Origin: a virus
Taxonomy: Duplodnaviria > Caudoviricetes
Direction: 5' to 3' (one strand)
Length of the DNA stretch: 32,635 nucleotides
IMG/VR virus record: IMGVR_UViG_3300024046_000018
Location: 1-32,635 of that record
The first letter of the stretch is position 1, and each line of letters opens with the position of its first letter. Below the pieces are notes generated by a model. The model was not told the origin of the DNA and ran no database searches. It was given only the letters and a program-made list of their open reading frames with translations. Position numbers and translations under genes: made by a program. Positions 8,109 through 16,830 of the stretch are shown piece after piece.

Positions 8109-8759
8109 ATGACCGACCCGCATGCAATCTATCGTCCGGCGCTGGACCTGTTGGGGCGCTCCGAAGGCACAGACATTCGGCGAGGCTACAACGAAACGCT
8201 AGCCTATGGCGCCTATAGTGGCGGCGACCGCAATCTCACCCTGATGACGCTCGACGAAATCGACGAGTTGCAGCGCGCCATGCTGGCCCATCCGCGCAAC
8301 AAGTGGAACTCGTCGGCGCTCGGCCGCTACCAGATCGTGCGCACCACGCTGCGCGAAATCCGCTCGAAACTGCGGCTGACCGGTCGAGAGAATTTCGACC
8401 CGGAAATGCAGGATCGTATGGCCTGCTACCTGCTTGGCAAACGCGGCATCGACCGTTGGCTGGCCGGCCAGATGACCGACAGCGAGATGGTCAACAGCCT
8501 GGCCAAGGAGTGGGCATCGCTGCCGACCAGCAAGGGCGTGGGCCACTATGACGGCCAGCGGGCGGCGGTCACGGTGACCGAAGTGCTCGACGCGCTCGGA
8601 CGCGTGCGGCAGCTCTACCGCCAGGCGCGCGACCAGCTCAATGCGACCAAGCCCAAGCCGACGCCGCCGCCGCAGGCACCGGCAAAGCCGGCCAGCCGCG
8701 GCGGCGTGATGGCGGCGCTATTGGCCATCTTCAAGGCGATTTTCGGGGGTCGGCCATGA
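8109..8759 (+). CDS. Endolysin, lambda-like lysozyme (GH104-type)
   Basis: LLGRSEGT..GY, SSALGRYQIV..TL, FDPEMQD and LAKEWASLP motifs. Pro-rich linker and amphipathic C-terminal helix. Confidence 0.9.
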   Translation: MTDPHAIYRPALDLLGRSEGTDIRRGYNETLAYGAYSGGDRNLTLMTLDEIDELQRAMLAHPRNKWNSSALGRYQIVRTTLREIRSKLRLTGRENFDPEMQDRMACYLLGKRGIDRWLAGQMTDSEMVNSLAKEWASLPTSKGVGHYDGQRAAVTVTEVLDALGRVRQLYRQARDQLNATKPKPTPPPQAPAKPASRGGVMAALLAIFKAIFGGRP

Positions 8760-9295
8760 ACGCGTTGGGCGGTTTCCTCGGCGCCATCGCGGCCAAGGTC
8801 GGGGCGGAGCTGGTCGGCAAGGTGCTGGGCGAGCAGTTCGGGCCGTTGGGCGGCCAGCTGGCCGAGACCGTCATCGGTGAGGTTGCCGGGCGGCTGGGGG
8901 TCGAGCCGGCCGCCATTCCCACCGTCCCCGCCGAGAAGGTGGACGAGGCCGTCATGGCCGTCGAAGAGGCCATGCCGGAGTTGATCGCGCTCTGGTCGCG
9001 TGGCCTCGACGGGCAGTTCGCTCTGCTCCAGGCGGAGCAGCAGCAGGGCGGCTGGGCCAATAACTGGCGCCCTGGCTGGATGTACCTGCTCGGCCTCATG
9101 TGGGTGGTGCGCCTCCTGGTAGTGCCCTTTCTCGACAGCACCGGCGAAACGGCCCTGGCGGAGGCCATGCCGGCCGAAATCATGCTGACCCTGACCGGCT
9201 GGTTTATCGCTCTCTACATGGGCGGCCACACCATCAAGTCGCTGGGCGAGAACGCCATCGATGCCGTCAAGGCCTGGCGCGAGGGCCGCCGGTGA
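8756..9295 (+). CDS. 3TM-type (GTA-like) holin
   Basis: WRPGWMY motif followed by two hydrophobic segments and LYMGGHTIK. Coupled to the endolysin. Confidence 0.75.
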   Translation: MNALGGFLGAIAAKVGAELVGKVLGEQFGPLGGQLAETVIGEVAGRLGVEPAAIPTVPAEKVDEAVMAVEEAMPELIALWSRGLDGQFALLQAEQQQGGWANNWRPGWMYLLGLMWVVRLLVVPFLDSTGETALAEAMPAEIMLTLTGWFIALYMGGHTIKSLGENAIDAVKAWREGRR

Positions 9296-9516
9296 GCAAG
9301 ACGGGAAATTTCGCGATGGAGCTGGCGGAAGCCCGTGTCGAGCAGGAGCGCGACGCCTCGGTGGCGCGGGTCCAGTCTGGCCTTGGCGCCGAGCATGGGA
9401 GCGCCTTTTGCCTCGACTGCGGCGCGCCGATCCCGGCCGCCCGGCGCCGGGCATTGCCCAGTGCCCGGCGCTGCATTCAATGCGCGCAGCGGCGCGAAAC
9501 GGGGAGCGTGCGCTGA
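9292..9516 (+). CDS. TraR/DksA C4-type zinc-finger protein
   Basis: GTG 9292 (GTGA overlap). CLDCGAPIPAARRRALPSARRCIQC. Confidence 0.88.
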   Translation: MSKTGNFAMELAEARVEQERDASVARVQSGLGAEHGSAFCLDCGAPIPAARRRALPSARRCIQCAQRRETGSVR

Positions 9517-9842
9517 TGCTCCAGGAGCTCCAGTCATTTTCGGGCCTGATCTCCACCCTGCTCAGCATCGGGGCAATCTTTTACACCTGGCTCACCGCGC
9601 GCTCGGCGGCCAATGCAAAAACACTCCAGCAGCACAGCGCTACGCTGAATGCCCATGACCGTCGCATCCAGACGGTCGAGGGGGAGCTGAAGCACCTGCC
9701 CGACAAAGACGCGGTGACCGAGCTCAAGCTGGCCATCGTCGAACTGCGCGGCACCGTGAAGGCCATGGACGCGCAACTGGGGGCGGTGGGGCGAACCGTC
9801 GCCAATATCGACGGCTATCTGCGCAAGGATGATCCGAAGTGA
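9516..9842 (+). CDS. DUF2730 (Mu gp25-like) membrane-anchored coiled-coil protein
   Basis: ATG 9516 (TGATG). N-terminal TM segment, RIQTVEGELKHLPDKD and LAIVELRG. Synteny fits. Confidence 0.8.
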   Translation: MLQELQSFSGLISTLLSIGAIFYTWLTARSAANAKTLQQHSATLNAHDRRIQTVEGELKHLPDKDAVTELKLAIVELRGTVKAMDAQLGAVGRTVANIDGYLRKDDPK

Positions 9843-10135
9843 GCTACGACGAATTCATGGCCGAAAATGCGCGGCTGGTAATGCTCAAGGAGTTGGCCAA
9901 GCAGAATGATGGCCGGCTCAACGAAGTCGTCCTGGTCAAGGTGTTGGACGTGTTCGGCCACCACCGGTCGCGCGAGTGGGTTTGTCAGCAACTCGGTTGG
10001 CTGGCCGAAAAGGGGGCCGTCGAACTCACCCGGGCGGGCACGGTGCTAGTGGCGCGGATCACCCGCATCGGGGTCGACCATGTCGAGACCCGGACCTTTA
10101 TCGACGGCATCGACAAGCCGTCCTTCCGGCCCTGA
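9839..10135 (+). CDS. Mu gp26-like winged-helix protein
   Basis: RLVMLKEL, SREWVCQQLGWLAEKG, ARITRIGVDHV and GIDKPS. Precedes the gp27-like gene. Confidence 0.8.
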   Translation: MSYDEFMAENARLVMLKELAKQNDGRLNEVVLVKVLDVFGHHRSREWVCQQLGWLAEKGAVELTRAGTVLVARITRIGVDHVETRTFIDGIDKPSFRP

Positions 10136-10137
10136 TC

Positions 10138-10728
10138 ATGGCGCGGCCGAAAAAGGATCGTACCGGGCGGGGGCGGCTGTCGCGGCTCGACATGCTGCCC
10201 GAAGAGGCCCAGCCCGACCTAGTCTGGCTCAATGGCGAGCTGCGGGAGGGAAAGCGCCCGCAGAACGAATTGCGCGACGTGTTCAATGCGCGCCTCGCGG
10301 GCCTCGGCATCGAGCCGATCAGCGTAGGCAGCTTTTCGCGCTATTCGGTGCGCAAGGCGATGCAGTTCCGCGAACTGGACGAGCAGATGCGCATTTCGTC
10401 AGAGCTGGTCGACGTCCTGGGCGTCGGTGGCTCGGACAAGATGACCATTGCCCTGGCGGAGCTGATCCGCGTTGCCGGCATCAAGCTGTTGGAGGCCGAG
10501 GGCGGCCAGCTGGCCGCCAAGGACCTGATGGAGCTGGCAAAGGCCAACCAGGCCGCCACAGGCGCGCAGAAGCAATCGGCCGAGTACCGGCGGGCGCTGG
10601 AGCGAGAGTTTGAGCAGAAAATGCTGGATGGAGCCGACCGGGCCGAGGTTGTCGCGCGGGAGGCCGGCGTGTCTGCCGAGACGATTGCGCTTCTGCGCCG
10701 CGAATTTCTTGGGGTCCGGTCTCCATGA
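10138..10728 (+). CDS. Mu gp27-like (DUF3486) putative small terminase
   Basis: GRGRLSRLDMLPEEA, ISVGSFSRY and GVSAETIALLRREFLGV. Immediately upstream of the large terminase. Confidence 0.85.
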   Translation: MARPKKDRTGRGRLSRLDMLPEEAQPDLVWLNGELREGKRPQNELRDVFNARLAGLGIEPISVGSFSRYSVRKAMQFRELDEQMRISSELVDVLGVGGSDKMTIALAELIRVAGIKLLEAEGGQLAAKDLMELAKANQAATGAQKQSAEYRRALEREFEQKMLDGADRAEVVAREAGVSAETIALLRREFLGVRSP

Positions 10729-12362
10729 GCGTAGAAGCCGATCTTTTGCCGACCGCCGACCAGGCACCGCCACTTTCGCCCATAGACCTGGTCATGCCGG
10801 GCATGCTGCCAGCCGAGGGGCACGACCCGCTGGGCGACGGCGTGTTGATGAAACACCAGATCGATTGGTGTGCCGACCACTCACCCCTGAAGCTGGCGGT
10901 GAAGGGGCGGCGCACGGGGTTTACCTACGCCGAAGCTCTCGACAGCACTCTCATCGCAATGGCCGCGAAAAGCGCCGGCGGCGAGACCACCTACTACATC
11001 GGCGACACGAAGGAAAAAGGCCTTGAGTTCGTGGCCGTCTGCGCTCGCTTTGCGCGCACGGTGGCCAAGGAACTGCTGAAGGTGGAAGAGTTCGTCTTCG
11101 AGGACACACTTCCGGACGGCAGCACGAGGGGCATCGCTGCCTATCGCATCCGCTTTTCATCCGGCCACCACATCGTTGGGTTGTCGAGCAATCCCGCCAA
11201 TATTCGAGGGCTTCAGGGCCGTGTCGTGATCGACGAGGCGGCCTTCCACCGCAACGTCGCGGCGGTGATAGACGCCTGCAACGCGCTGTTGATTTGGGGC
11301 GGCACGATCCGCATCATCTCGACCCATAACGGCAATCTCAACCCGTTCAACGAGCTGATTAAGGAAATTGAGCAGGGCATCTACGACTATTCGATCCATC
11401 GGGCGACCTTCGACGACGCCGTTGCCAACGGCCTTTACGAGAGGGTCTGTCTGATCCGAGGCTGGACGCCGACGATCCAAGGCAAAGAAGAGTGGTATCG
11501 GCGCGTCAGGCGGTCCTATGGCAGCCGACAAGAGGCGATGCGCGAGGAGCTGGATGCGATACCACGCGAGGGCGAAGGTGTCCTGTTGCCTCTGGCCTGG
11601 ATCGAAGCGTGCAGCACTGCCGAATACAAGGTTGCGCGCTGGGAACCGCCGCATCCAAACTTTGTGGATTTGCCTGAGGAAGTCCGCCGCGCCAGCATGC
11701 TGGAGTGGTTGGAGCGCGAGGCGGCGCCCATTTTGCGCCGCTTCGGCAACCAGGACATTACCTGGTATCTGGGCGGCGACTTCGCCATGCGACAGGACCG
11801 GAGCGCCTATCCGATAGGGTTTGTCTCCCAGGACCTCAAGCGGCACATACCTCTGCTGATTGAGCTTCGCGCCTGCCCCTATGACCAACAAAAGCAAGTG
11901 CTTTACTGGCTGGTCTCGACGGTGGAGAGCATGGGGCACAGCTTCAAGAAGGGCGTGCTCGACGCAAATGGCAACGGGATGGCGCTGGCCCAGGAGGCTC
12001 GACAGAAGTTCCGCGCCGAGCGCATCGTGGAGCTGATGCCCACCGATGCCTGGTTGCGCGAACACACACCGCGCTTCCGCGCTGCGTTTGAAGACAAGAC
12101 AATGCTGATCCCGGCTGACCTGGACGTGCGCAATGACCTGCGCCAGCTCCAGATCAGAGGTGGCGTGGCCAAGGTTCCCAGCGACGTGCGCACGAACGGC
12201 TCGGATGGCGGAAAGCGGCACGGTGATGCCGCTGTCTCGATCCTCAACTTTCACGCAGCAACCTATGGCGAAGATCTGGCGCCCTGGCGCCCGCTCAATG
12301 CCCAGCCCGGCCAGAAGCCCAAACAAACGCAAACGCTTGACGATATGTGGATACCGGCATGA
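10725..12362 (+). CDS. Large terminase, Mu gp28-like
   Basis: KGRRTGFTYAEA Walker A variant, LSSNPANIRGLQG, VVIDEAAF Walker B, ISTHNG, and nuclease motifs GGDFA, DANGNG, HGDAA. Confidence 0.93.
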   Translation: MSVEADLLPTADQAPPLSPIDLVMPGMLPAEGHDPLGDGVLMKHQIDWCADHSPLKLAVKGRRTGFTYAEALDSTLIAMAAKSAGGETTYYIGDTKEKGLEFVAVCARFARTVAKELLKVEEFVFEDTLPDGSTRGIAAYRIRFSSGHHIVGLSSNPANIRGLQGRVVIDEAAFHRNVAAVIDACNALLIWGGTIRIISTHNGNLNPFNELIKEIEQGIYDYSIHRATFDDAVANGLYERVCLIRGWTPTIQGKEEWYRRVRRSYGSRQEAMREELDAIPREGEGVLLPLAWIEACSTAEYKVARWEPPHPNFVDLPEEVRRASMLEWLEREAAPILRRFGNQDITWYLGGDFAMRQDRSAYPIGFVSQDLKRHIPLLIELRACPYDQQKQVLYWLVSTVESMGHSFKKGVLDANGNGMALAQEARQKFRAERIVELMPTDAWLREHTPRFRAAFEDKTMLIPADLDVRNDLRQLQIRGGVAKVPSDVRTNGSDGGKRHGDAAVSILNFHAATYGEDLAPWRPLNAQPGQKPKQTQTLDDMWIPA

Positions 12363-14431
12363 TGGACCGCTTGAACTGGTTTCAGAAGGCGGCGCTGAAA
12401 GCGTTGCAAATTCGGTGGCTGCCGGGCAGCCAGGCGATGAACGCGGCGATGCGGTCGAGCAGGATCAACTATCGCCAGGAGGTCGGCGACTTCATCGACG
12501 CCTCGGTAGTGACGGCGCCGATCCAGTGGGTGCAGCGCGCGGTGCCCGAAGCTCGACTGACCGTTTATCAGCGTTCGGCCGACGGCAGTCGGAAAGAACG
12601 CGCCGACCACCCGGCCCTGGCGCTGATCCAGCGGCCGAACCCGTTTTACGGCGACCTGACGCTGTTCGCCGGCACGATCTTTTCGTATCTCACCGATGGC
12701 AATGGCTACTGGATCAAGGTGCGCAACAGCTATGGCCGGGCGAAAGAATATTGGTACACGCCGCACTGGATGCTCGAGCCGAAGGGGTCTGATGACGGTG
12801 GCGAGTTCATCACCCATTACGACTACCGGCCGGGGGGTGGCCATGGAACGATCCGCCTCGATCCGAGCGACGTCGTGCATTTCCGCCACGGCATCAATCC
12901 GCGCGACCCGCGAAAGGGCCTGTCGCCGCTGGCCGGGGTGATCCCCGAAATCTACATGGATATCGAAAGCTCGAATTTCGTGTCGTCGCTGCTCAAGAAC
13001 ATGGGCGTTCCCGGCATGGTGGTGTCGCCCAAGACCGGCGGCGTGGTGCCGAGCGATGACGTCGCGGCGACGAAGGCATGGCTTAAACAGGCCTTTGGCG
13101 GATCGCGCCGGGGCGAACCGCTGGTGATGAGCGCGCCGACTGACGTCTATCAGTATGGTTTCAACCCGCAGCAGATGAACATGTCGGAAGCGCGCGACAT
13201 TGCCGAAGAGCGGGTTTGCGCCTGTATCGGGACACCCGCGGCTGTGGTGGGGTTCGGCGCCGGCCTGCAATCGACCAAGGTCGGCGCCACCATGGCGGAG
13301 CTGGTCAAGCTGGCCTGGCGCAATGGGGTGTTGCCGGTGCTGGGGGCGATGGCCGATGAAATGGACCGCTCGGTGCTGACCGATTTCGGCAATGTTGCCG
13401 GGCTGTCCATGGGCTACGACACGTCCGAGGTCGCTGCTCTGCAGGAGGATCGCAACCAGGCGGCGACCGCCTGGAACACGATGGTGGGCGGTGGTTGGGC
13501 CGAGGTGGCCGAGGGCCGCGAAGGCATGAACCTGCCGGTCGACGACAGCCACCATATTTTCCTCAGGCCCGCCATGTCGCTGGAAGTGCCGGCGGGCGGC
13601 CATAAAGCGTCGCCCGGCCCCGTCGAGGCCAAGGCCGTGGCCGGCCGCGAGCGGCGGCTGGCCGGGCTGACGTTCGTGCGGGCGATACAACGCCTGGAAG
13701 AGCCGTTCGCCAGGGCGATGAACAAGCGTCTCACGGGCTTTTTCGGTGAGCTGCGCAAGGCGGCGCGTGAAGCGGCGCTGCCCGTGCTCGAGGCCGACTA
13801 TGTCGTGCCCCCCAAGGATGCCGGCCCATATGAGGAAAAGGCCGACGAGCTGCTGGTGGAGACGATCCTCGAGCGCCTGGGGATCGATGCGCACTGGACA
13901 ACGTTCAAGGGCCTTTACGAGGCTCACTACCTCGACGTGGCCAGGGCGGTGAGCGAGGCGGCGAGGCTCGCCGGGATCAGTGGCAGCCTGCCCGATCCGG
14001 TCGCCCGCACCATTGTGGCCGCCGGCGGCCGCCGGGCCGGCCTTATCGACCTGCGGCAGCAGTCCCGTTCGGCGCTGTTCGACGCCATCGCGGTTGGCCG
14101 GTCGGAGGGCGAAGGCGCCGGCGCCCTGGCGGGGCGCATTGCCCGGCACATCGAGGCTGGCCCCTGGGCCAGCGTCGAGGCCCGCGCACTGACCATTGCG
14201 CGCACCGAAACCAAGTATGCGCAGAACGTCTCCACCATCGAGCGGGCCAAGGCGGCGGGCGTGGCCAGCTTCATCGTATTCGACGGCCGGTTGGGGCCGG
14301 GCCGCTCGAAGCCGGACCATATCGCCCGGGACGGCTCCATCGTGACGGCCGACGAGGCCAACCGCATGGCGGCTGACGAGCACCCCAACGGCACCCTGAG
14401 CTTTGCACCCTATTTCGGCGAGGACGACTGA
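12359..14431 (+). CDS. HK97-type portal protein fused to a C-terminal MuF/SPP1 gp7-like head morphogenesis domain
   Basis: Portal motifs HPALALIQRPNP, YLTDGNGYW, DVVHFRH..GLSPL, KNMGVPG and EGREGMNLP. C-terminal RALTIARTET ... HIARDG ... EHPNGT is MuF-like. Confidence 0.88.
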   Translation: MMDRLNWFQKAALKALQIRWLPGSQAMNAAMRSSRINYRQEVGDFIDASVVTAPIQWVQRAVPEARLTVYQRSADGSRKERADHPALALIQRPNPFYGDLTLFAGTIFSYLTDGNGYWIKVRNSYGRAKEYWYTPHWMLEPKGSDDGGEFITHYDYRPGGGHGTIRLDPSDVVHFRHGINPRDPRKGLSPLAGVIPEIYMDIESSNFVSSLLKNMGVPGMVVSPKTGGVVPSDDVAATKAWLKQAFGGSRRGEPLVMSAPTDVYQYGFNPQQMNMSEARDIAEERVCACIGTPAAVVGFGAGLQSTKVGATMAELVKLAWRNGVLPVLGAMADEMDRSVLTDFGNVAGLSMGYDTSEVAALQEDRNQAATAWNTMVGGGWAEVAEGREGMNLPVDDSHHIFLRPAMSLEVPAGGHKASPGPVEAKAVAGRERRLAGLTFVRAIQRLEEPFARAMNKRLTGFFGELRKAAREAALPVLEADYVVPPKDAGPYEEKADELLVETILERLGIDAHWTTFKGLYEAHYLDVARAVSEAARLAGISGSLPDPVARTIVAAGGRRAGLIDLRQQSRSALFDAIAVGRSEGEGAGALAGRIARHIEAGPWASVEARALTIARTETKYAQNVSTIERAKAAGVASFIVFDGRLGPGRSKPDHIARDGSIVTADEANRMAADEHPNGTLSFAPYFGEDD

Positions 14432-14432
14432 C

Positions 14433-15167
14433 ATGCAGCTGGAAACCAAGAACCTCAACATCGAAAGCATGAACGAGGAAGGTCGTGGCCTGGCGCGCCT
14501 GGCGCTGCTCTCGGCCGTCGACAGCGATGGCGACACCTATGTGCCGGGCGCCTTCGGGTGGAAGGAGCACGGCGAGCAGTGGGCACCGATGCTGCCGGCT
14601 CACGATCGGCACGCGCTGCCGCTGGGCAAGGTGCGGGTGTTCGAAAAGGATGGCGCGGCCTATGCCGACCTGCACCTCAACCTCGACACGGTCGCCGGCC
14701 GCGAGTGGCACAGCCACCTCAAGTTCGACCTAAAAACGGGGAAGCCGGCGCAGGAATGGTCCTACGGCTATGGCGTGGTCGACGCGGAAAGCGAGCAGCG
14801 CGGTGGCGACCGCGTGCGCGTGCTCAAGCAGGTCGACGTGCACGAGGTCTCGCCGGTGGTGCGCGGCGCCGGCTTTGGAACCGCCACGGTGTCGATGAAG
14901 TCGCATGGCAATTTTGCCGAGCAGATCGACGCTGTCATTGCCGAGCTGGACGATATCGTGGCGCGCGCCGGCGGCATCGCCACGCTGCGGGCCGGCCAGG
15001 GGCGCGACATGAGCAAGGCGCGGCTGGAGCAGTTGGCAGCGGTCAAGGCCAAGCTCGACGAGATGCTACGTACCGATCCGGCGCCAGCCGCCGATGGGGC
15101 GCTGGCCGAGAAGATGGCCGCCGAATTCCTCACCCGCGCGGCACGCCGCCGCCTCGGCATCGGCTGA
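14433..15167 (+). CDS. HK97-family prohead protease
   Basis: VDSDGDTYVPGAF, PMLPAHD..PLGK (His), EWSYGY (Ser) and HEVSPVVRGA. Confidence 0.9.
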   Translation: MQLETKNLNIESMNEEGRGLARLALLSAVDSDGDTYVPGAFGWKEHGEQWAPMLPAHDRHALPLGKVRVFEKDGAAYADLHLNLDTVAGREWHSHLKFDLKTGKPAQEWSYGYGVVDAESEQRGGDRVRVLKQVDVHEVSPVVRGAGFGTATVSMKSHGNFAEQIDAVIAELDDIVARAGGIATLRAGQGRDMSKARLEQLAAVKAKLDEMLRTDPAPAADGALAEKMAAEFLTRAARRRLGIG

Positions 15168-15247
15168 ACTCAGGGGCGGCGCCAGGGCTGCGTGGCGTGC
15201 CTTTCGGCTGCACGCCTAGCCAAACGGTGTGTTTAGGCGCTCCAGAC

Positions 15248-15265
15248 CTGTCAAATGCCTGTCAA
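15248..15265 (+). repeat. 11-bp-period direct repeat CTGTCAA-ATGC-CTGTCAA (Pho-box-like)
   Basis: CCTGTCAAAT occurs at 15247-15256 and 15258-15267 in the protease-capsid intergenic region. Confidence 0.6.
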
Positions 15266-15369
15266 ATTCGCGGACAACGCCGGCCGGGGGTCGCAGATTG
15301 CGGACCCGGCCCCGAAACTGGTAATAACCGGTGGCGGCCACTTTGGCGTGGTCGCGTCGACCAGTGCCC

Positions 15370-15421
15370 GACCCGCGCAACTGCGCGGATATCCCAGCAC
15401 CCTCTCCATCCGTAGTTTTGC
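15370..15421 (+). promoter_or_regulatory. Putative late promoter 2 (major capsid operon)
   Basis: GACCCGCGCAACTGCGC at 15370-15386 and TAGTTTTGC at 15413-15421. Confidence 0.78.
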
Positions 15422-15510
15422 CCTACTGGCCCGCGCCGACGCGGGAAGCTGTACGCATGGCCTTAGCGCGGACGCTGAGCCCAAGTGCAATTCGACATGG
15501 AGGGGCTTAA

Positions 15511-16830
15511 ATGTCCACGCTGAAGGAAGTCCGCGAAAAGGTCGCGGCAAAGCAGGATGAGCTTGGCAAGGTGTTCACCGAGGCCAAGACCGATGGCGGC
15601 TACGATTTCCAGAAGGTCAGCAAGGAAACGATCAAATCGGTCCTGGGCGACGACCTGAAAGACACGATCGATATCGTCAAGCGCATCAATGAGCGCGACG
15701 CCGAGCTGAACGAGCTGGTCGCCGAAATGGAGGGCCTGGAGGCAGCCGAGGAGGCGGCCAAGAGCTATTCCGACCGCGAAAAACCGCGCCGCAACTTTGC
15801 GCTGCCGGGCGCCAAGGCGGAGCACGAGCGCCCCCGCGTCAAGTCGCTGGGTGAGATGCTGGCCGAAGAAAAGGCGTTCAAGGACTGGCTGGAGCGCGGC
15901 AGTCCCAGTGGCATCGACTTTTCCTACGACATGCTGCCGTCCGACCTGTTGGCCAAGGCCATGCAGGTGGAGACGTTCGGCTCCAAGGCGCTGATGGCCA
16001 CCTCGGCGGGTTATGCGCCCGAGAGCGTGCGGCTCCCGGGGTTCGTCGATGCGACGACCCGGCCGTTGCAGCTGCTCGACATCGTTCCCGCCGCGCAGAC
16101 CGGCCAGGCCACCGTCAAATATATGGAGGAAACCACCCGCACGCATGGCGCGGCGGAGACGGCCGAAGGCAGCACCTACGCCGAATCGACCTTTGCGTTT
16201 ACCGAACGCAGCTCGGACGTGCGCAAGATCACCGATAGCCTGCCGGTGACCGACGAGCAGCTGGAAGACGTGCCGATGGTGTCGGGCTATATCAACGGCC
16301 GGCTGCTTTTCGGGGTGCGCCAGAAGCTCGATACGCAGACCTATGTCGGCAATGGCTCCGCGCCCAACCTGCGCGGCATCATCAATACGGTCGGCATCCA
16401 GAGCCTGGCCAAGGCCGGTGGCGACCCGGTGCCCGATGCCTTTTTCAAGGCCATGACCAAGGTGCGCACCGTCGGTCGGGCGATCCCGACACACCATGTC
16501 ATGCACCCCGAAGACTGGCAGGACATCCGCCTGCTGCGGACCAACGATGGCGTCTATATCTGGGGGGCGCCCAGCGAGACCGGGCCGGATCGGCTGTGGG
16601 GGCTGCCCGTGGTGCAGAACGAGGCGCGGGCGGCGGGTTCCGGCCTGGTCGGGTCGTTCCAGCCTTCGTGGATTTCGCTGTTCGAGCGCTCCGGCGTCGA
16701 TATCCAGGTGGGCTATGTCGACGCGCAGTTCGGCCAGGGGAGGCGCACCGTGCGCGCCGACATGCGCGCGGCCGTGGTGCTGTTCCGGCCCGCCGCGTTC
16801 TGTGACGTGACCGGGCTCAGCGCCGACTAG
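15511..16830 (+). CDS. HK97-family major capsid protein
   Basis: GGAGGGG RBS. N-terminal coiled-coil (delta-domain-like), then AAETAEG, VRKITDSLPVTDEQLED, GNGSAPNLRGI, VMHPEDW..IRL, RLWGLPVV and FRPAAF. Confidence 0.94.
   Translation: MSTLKEVREKVAAKQDELGKVFTEAKTDGGYDFQKVSKETIKSVLGDDLKDTIDIVKRINERDAELNELVAEMEGLEAAEEAAKSYSDREKPRRNFALPGAKAEHERPRVKSLGEMLAEEKAFKDWLERGSPSGIDFSYDMLPSDLLAKAMQVETFGSKALMATSAGYAPESVRLPGFVDATTRPLQLLDIVPAAQTGQATVKYMEETTRTHGAAETAEGSTYAESTFAFTERSSDVRKITDSLPVTDEQLEDVPMVSGYINGRLLFGVRQKLDTQTYVGNGSAPNLRGIINTVGIQSLAKAGGDPVPDAFFKAMTKVRTVGRAIPTHHVMHPEDWQDIRLLRTNDGVYIWGAPSETGPDRLWGLPVVQNEARAAGSGLVGSFQPSWISLFERSGVDIQVGYVDAQFGQGRRTVRADMRAAVVLFRPAAFCDVTGLSAD

Noticed and set aside
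15255-15560. 101-aa ORF (and 15251-15550 on the minus strand) in the protease-capsid gap
   Set aside because: No RBS or motif. It overlaps the conserved promoter motif and the capsid start, so the region is better explained as regulatory.
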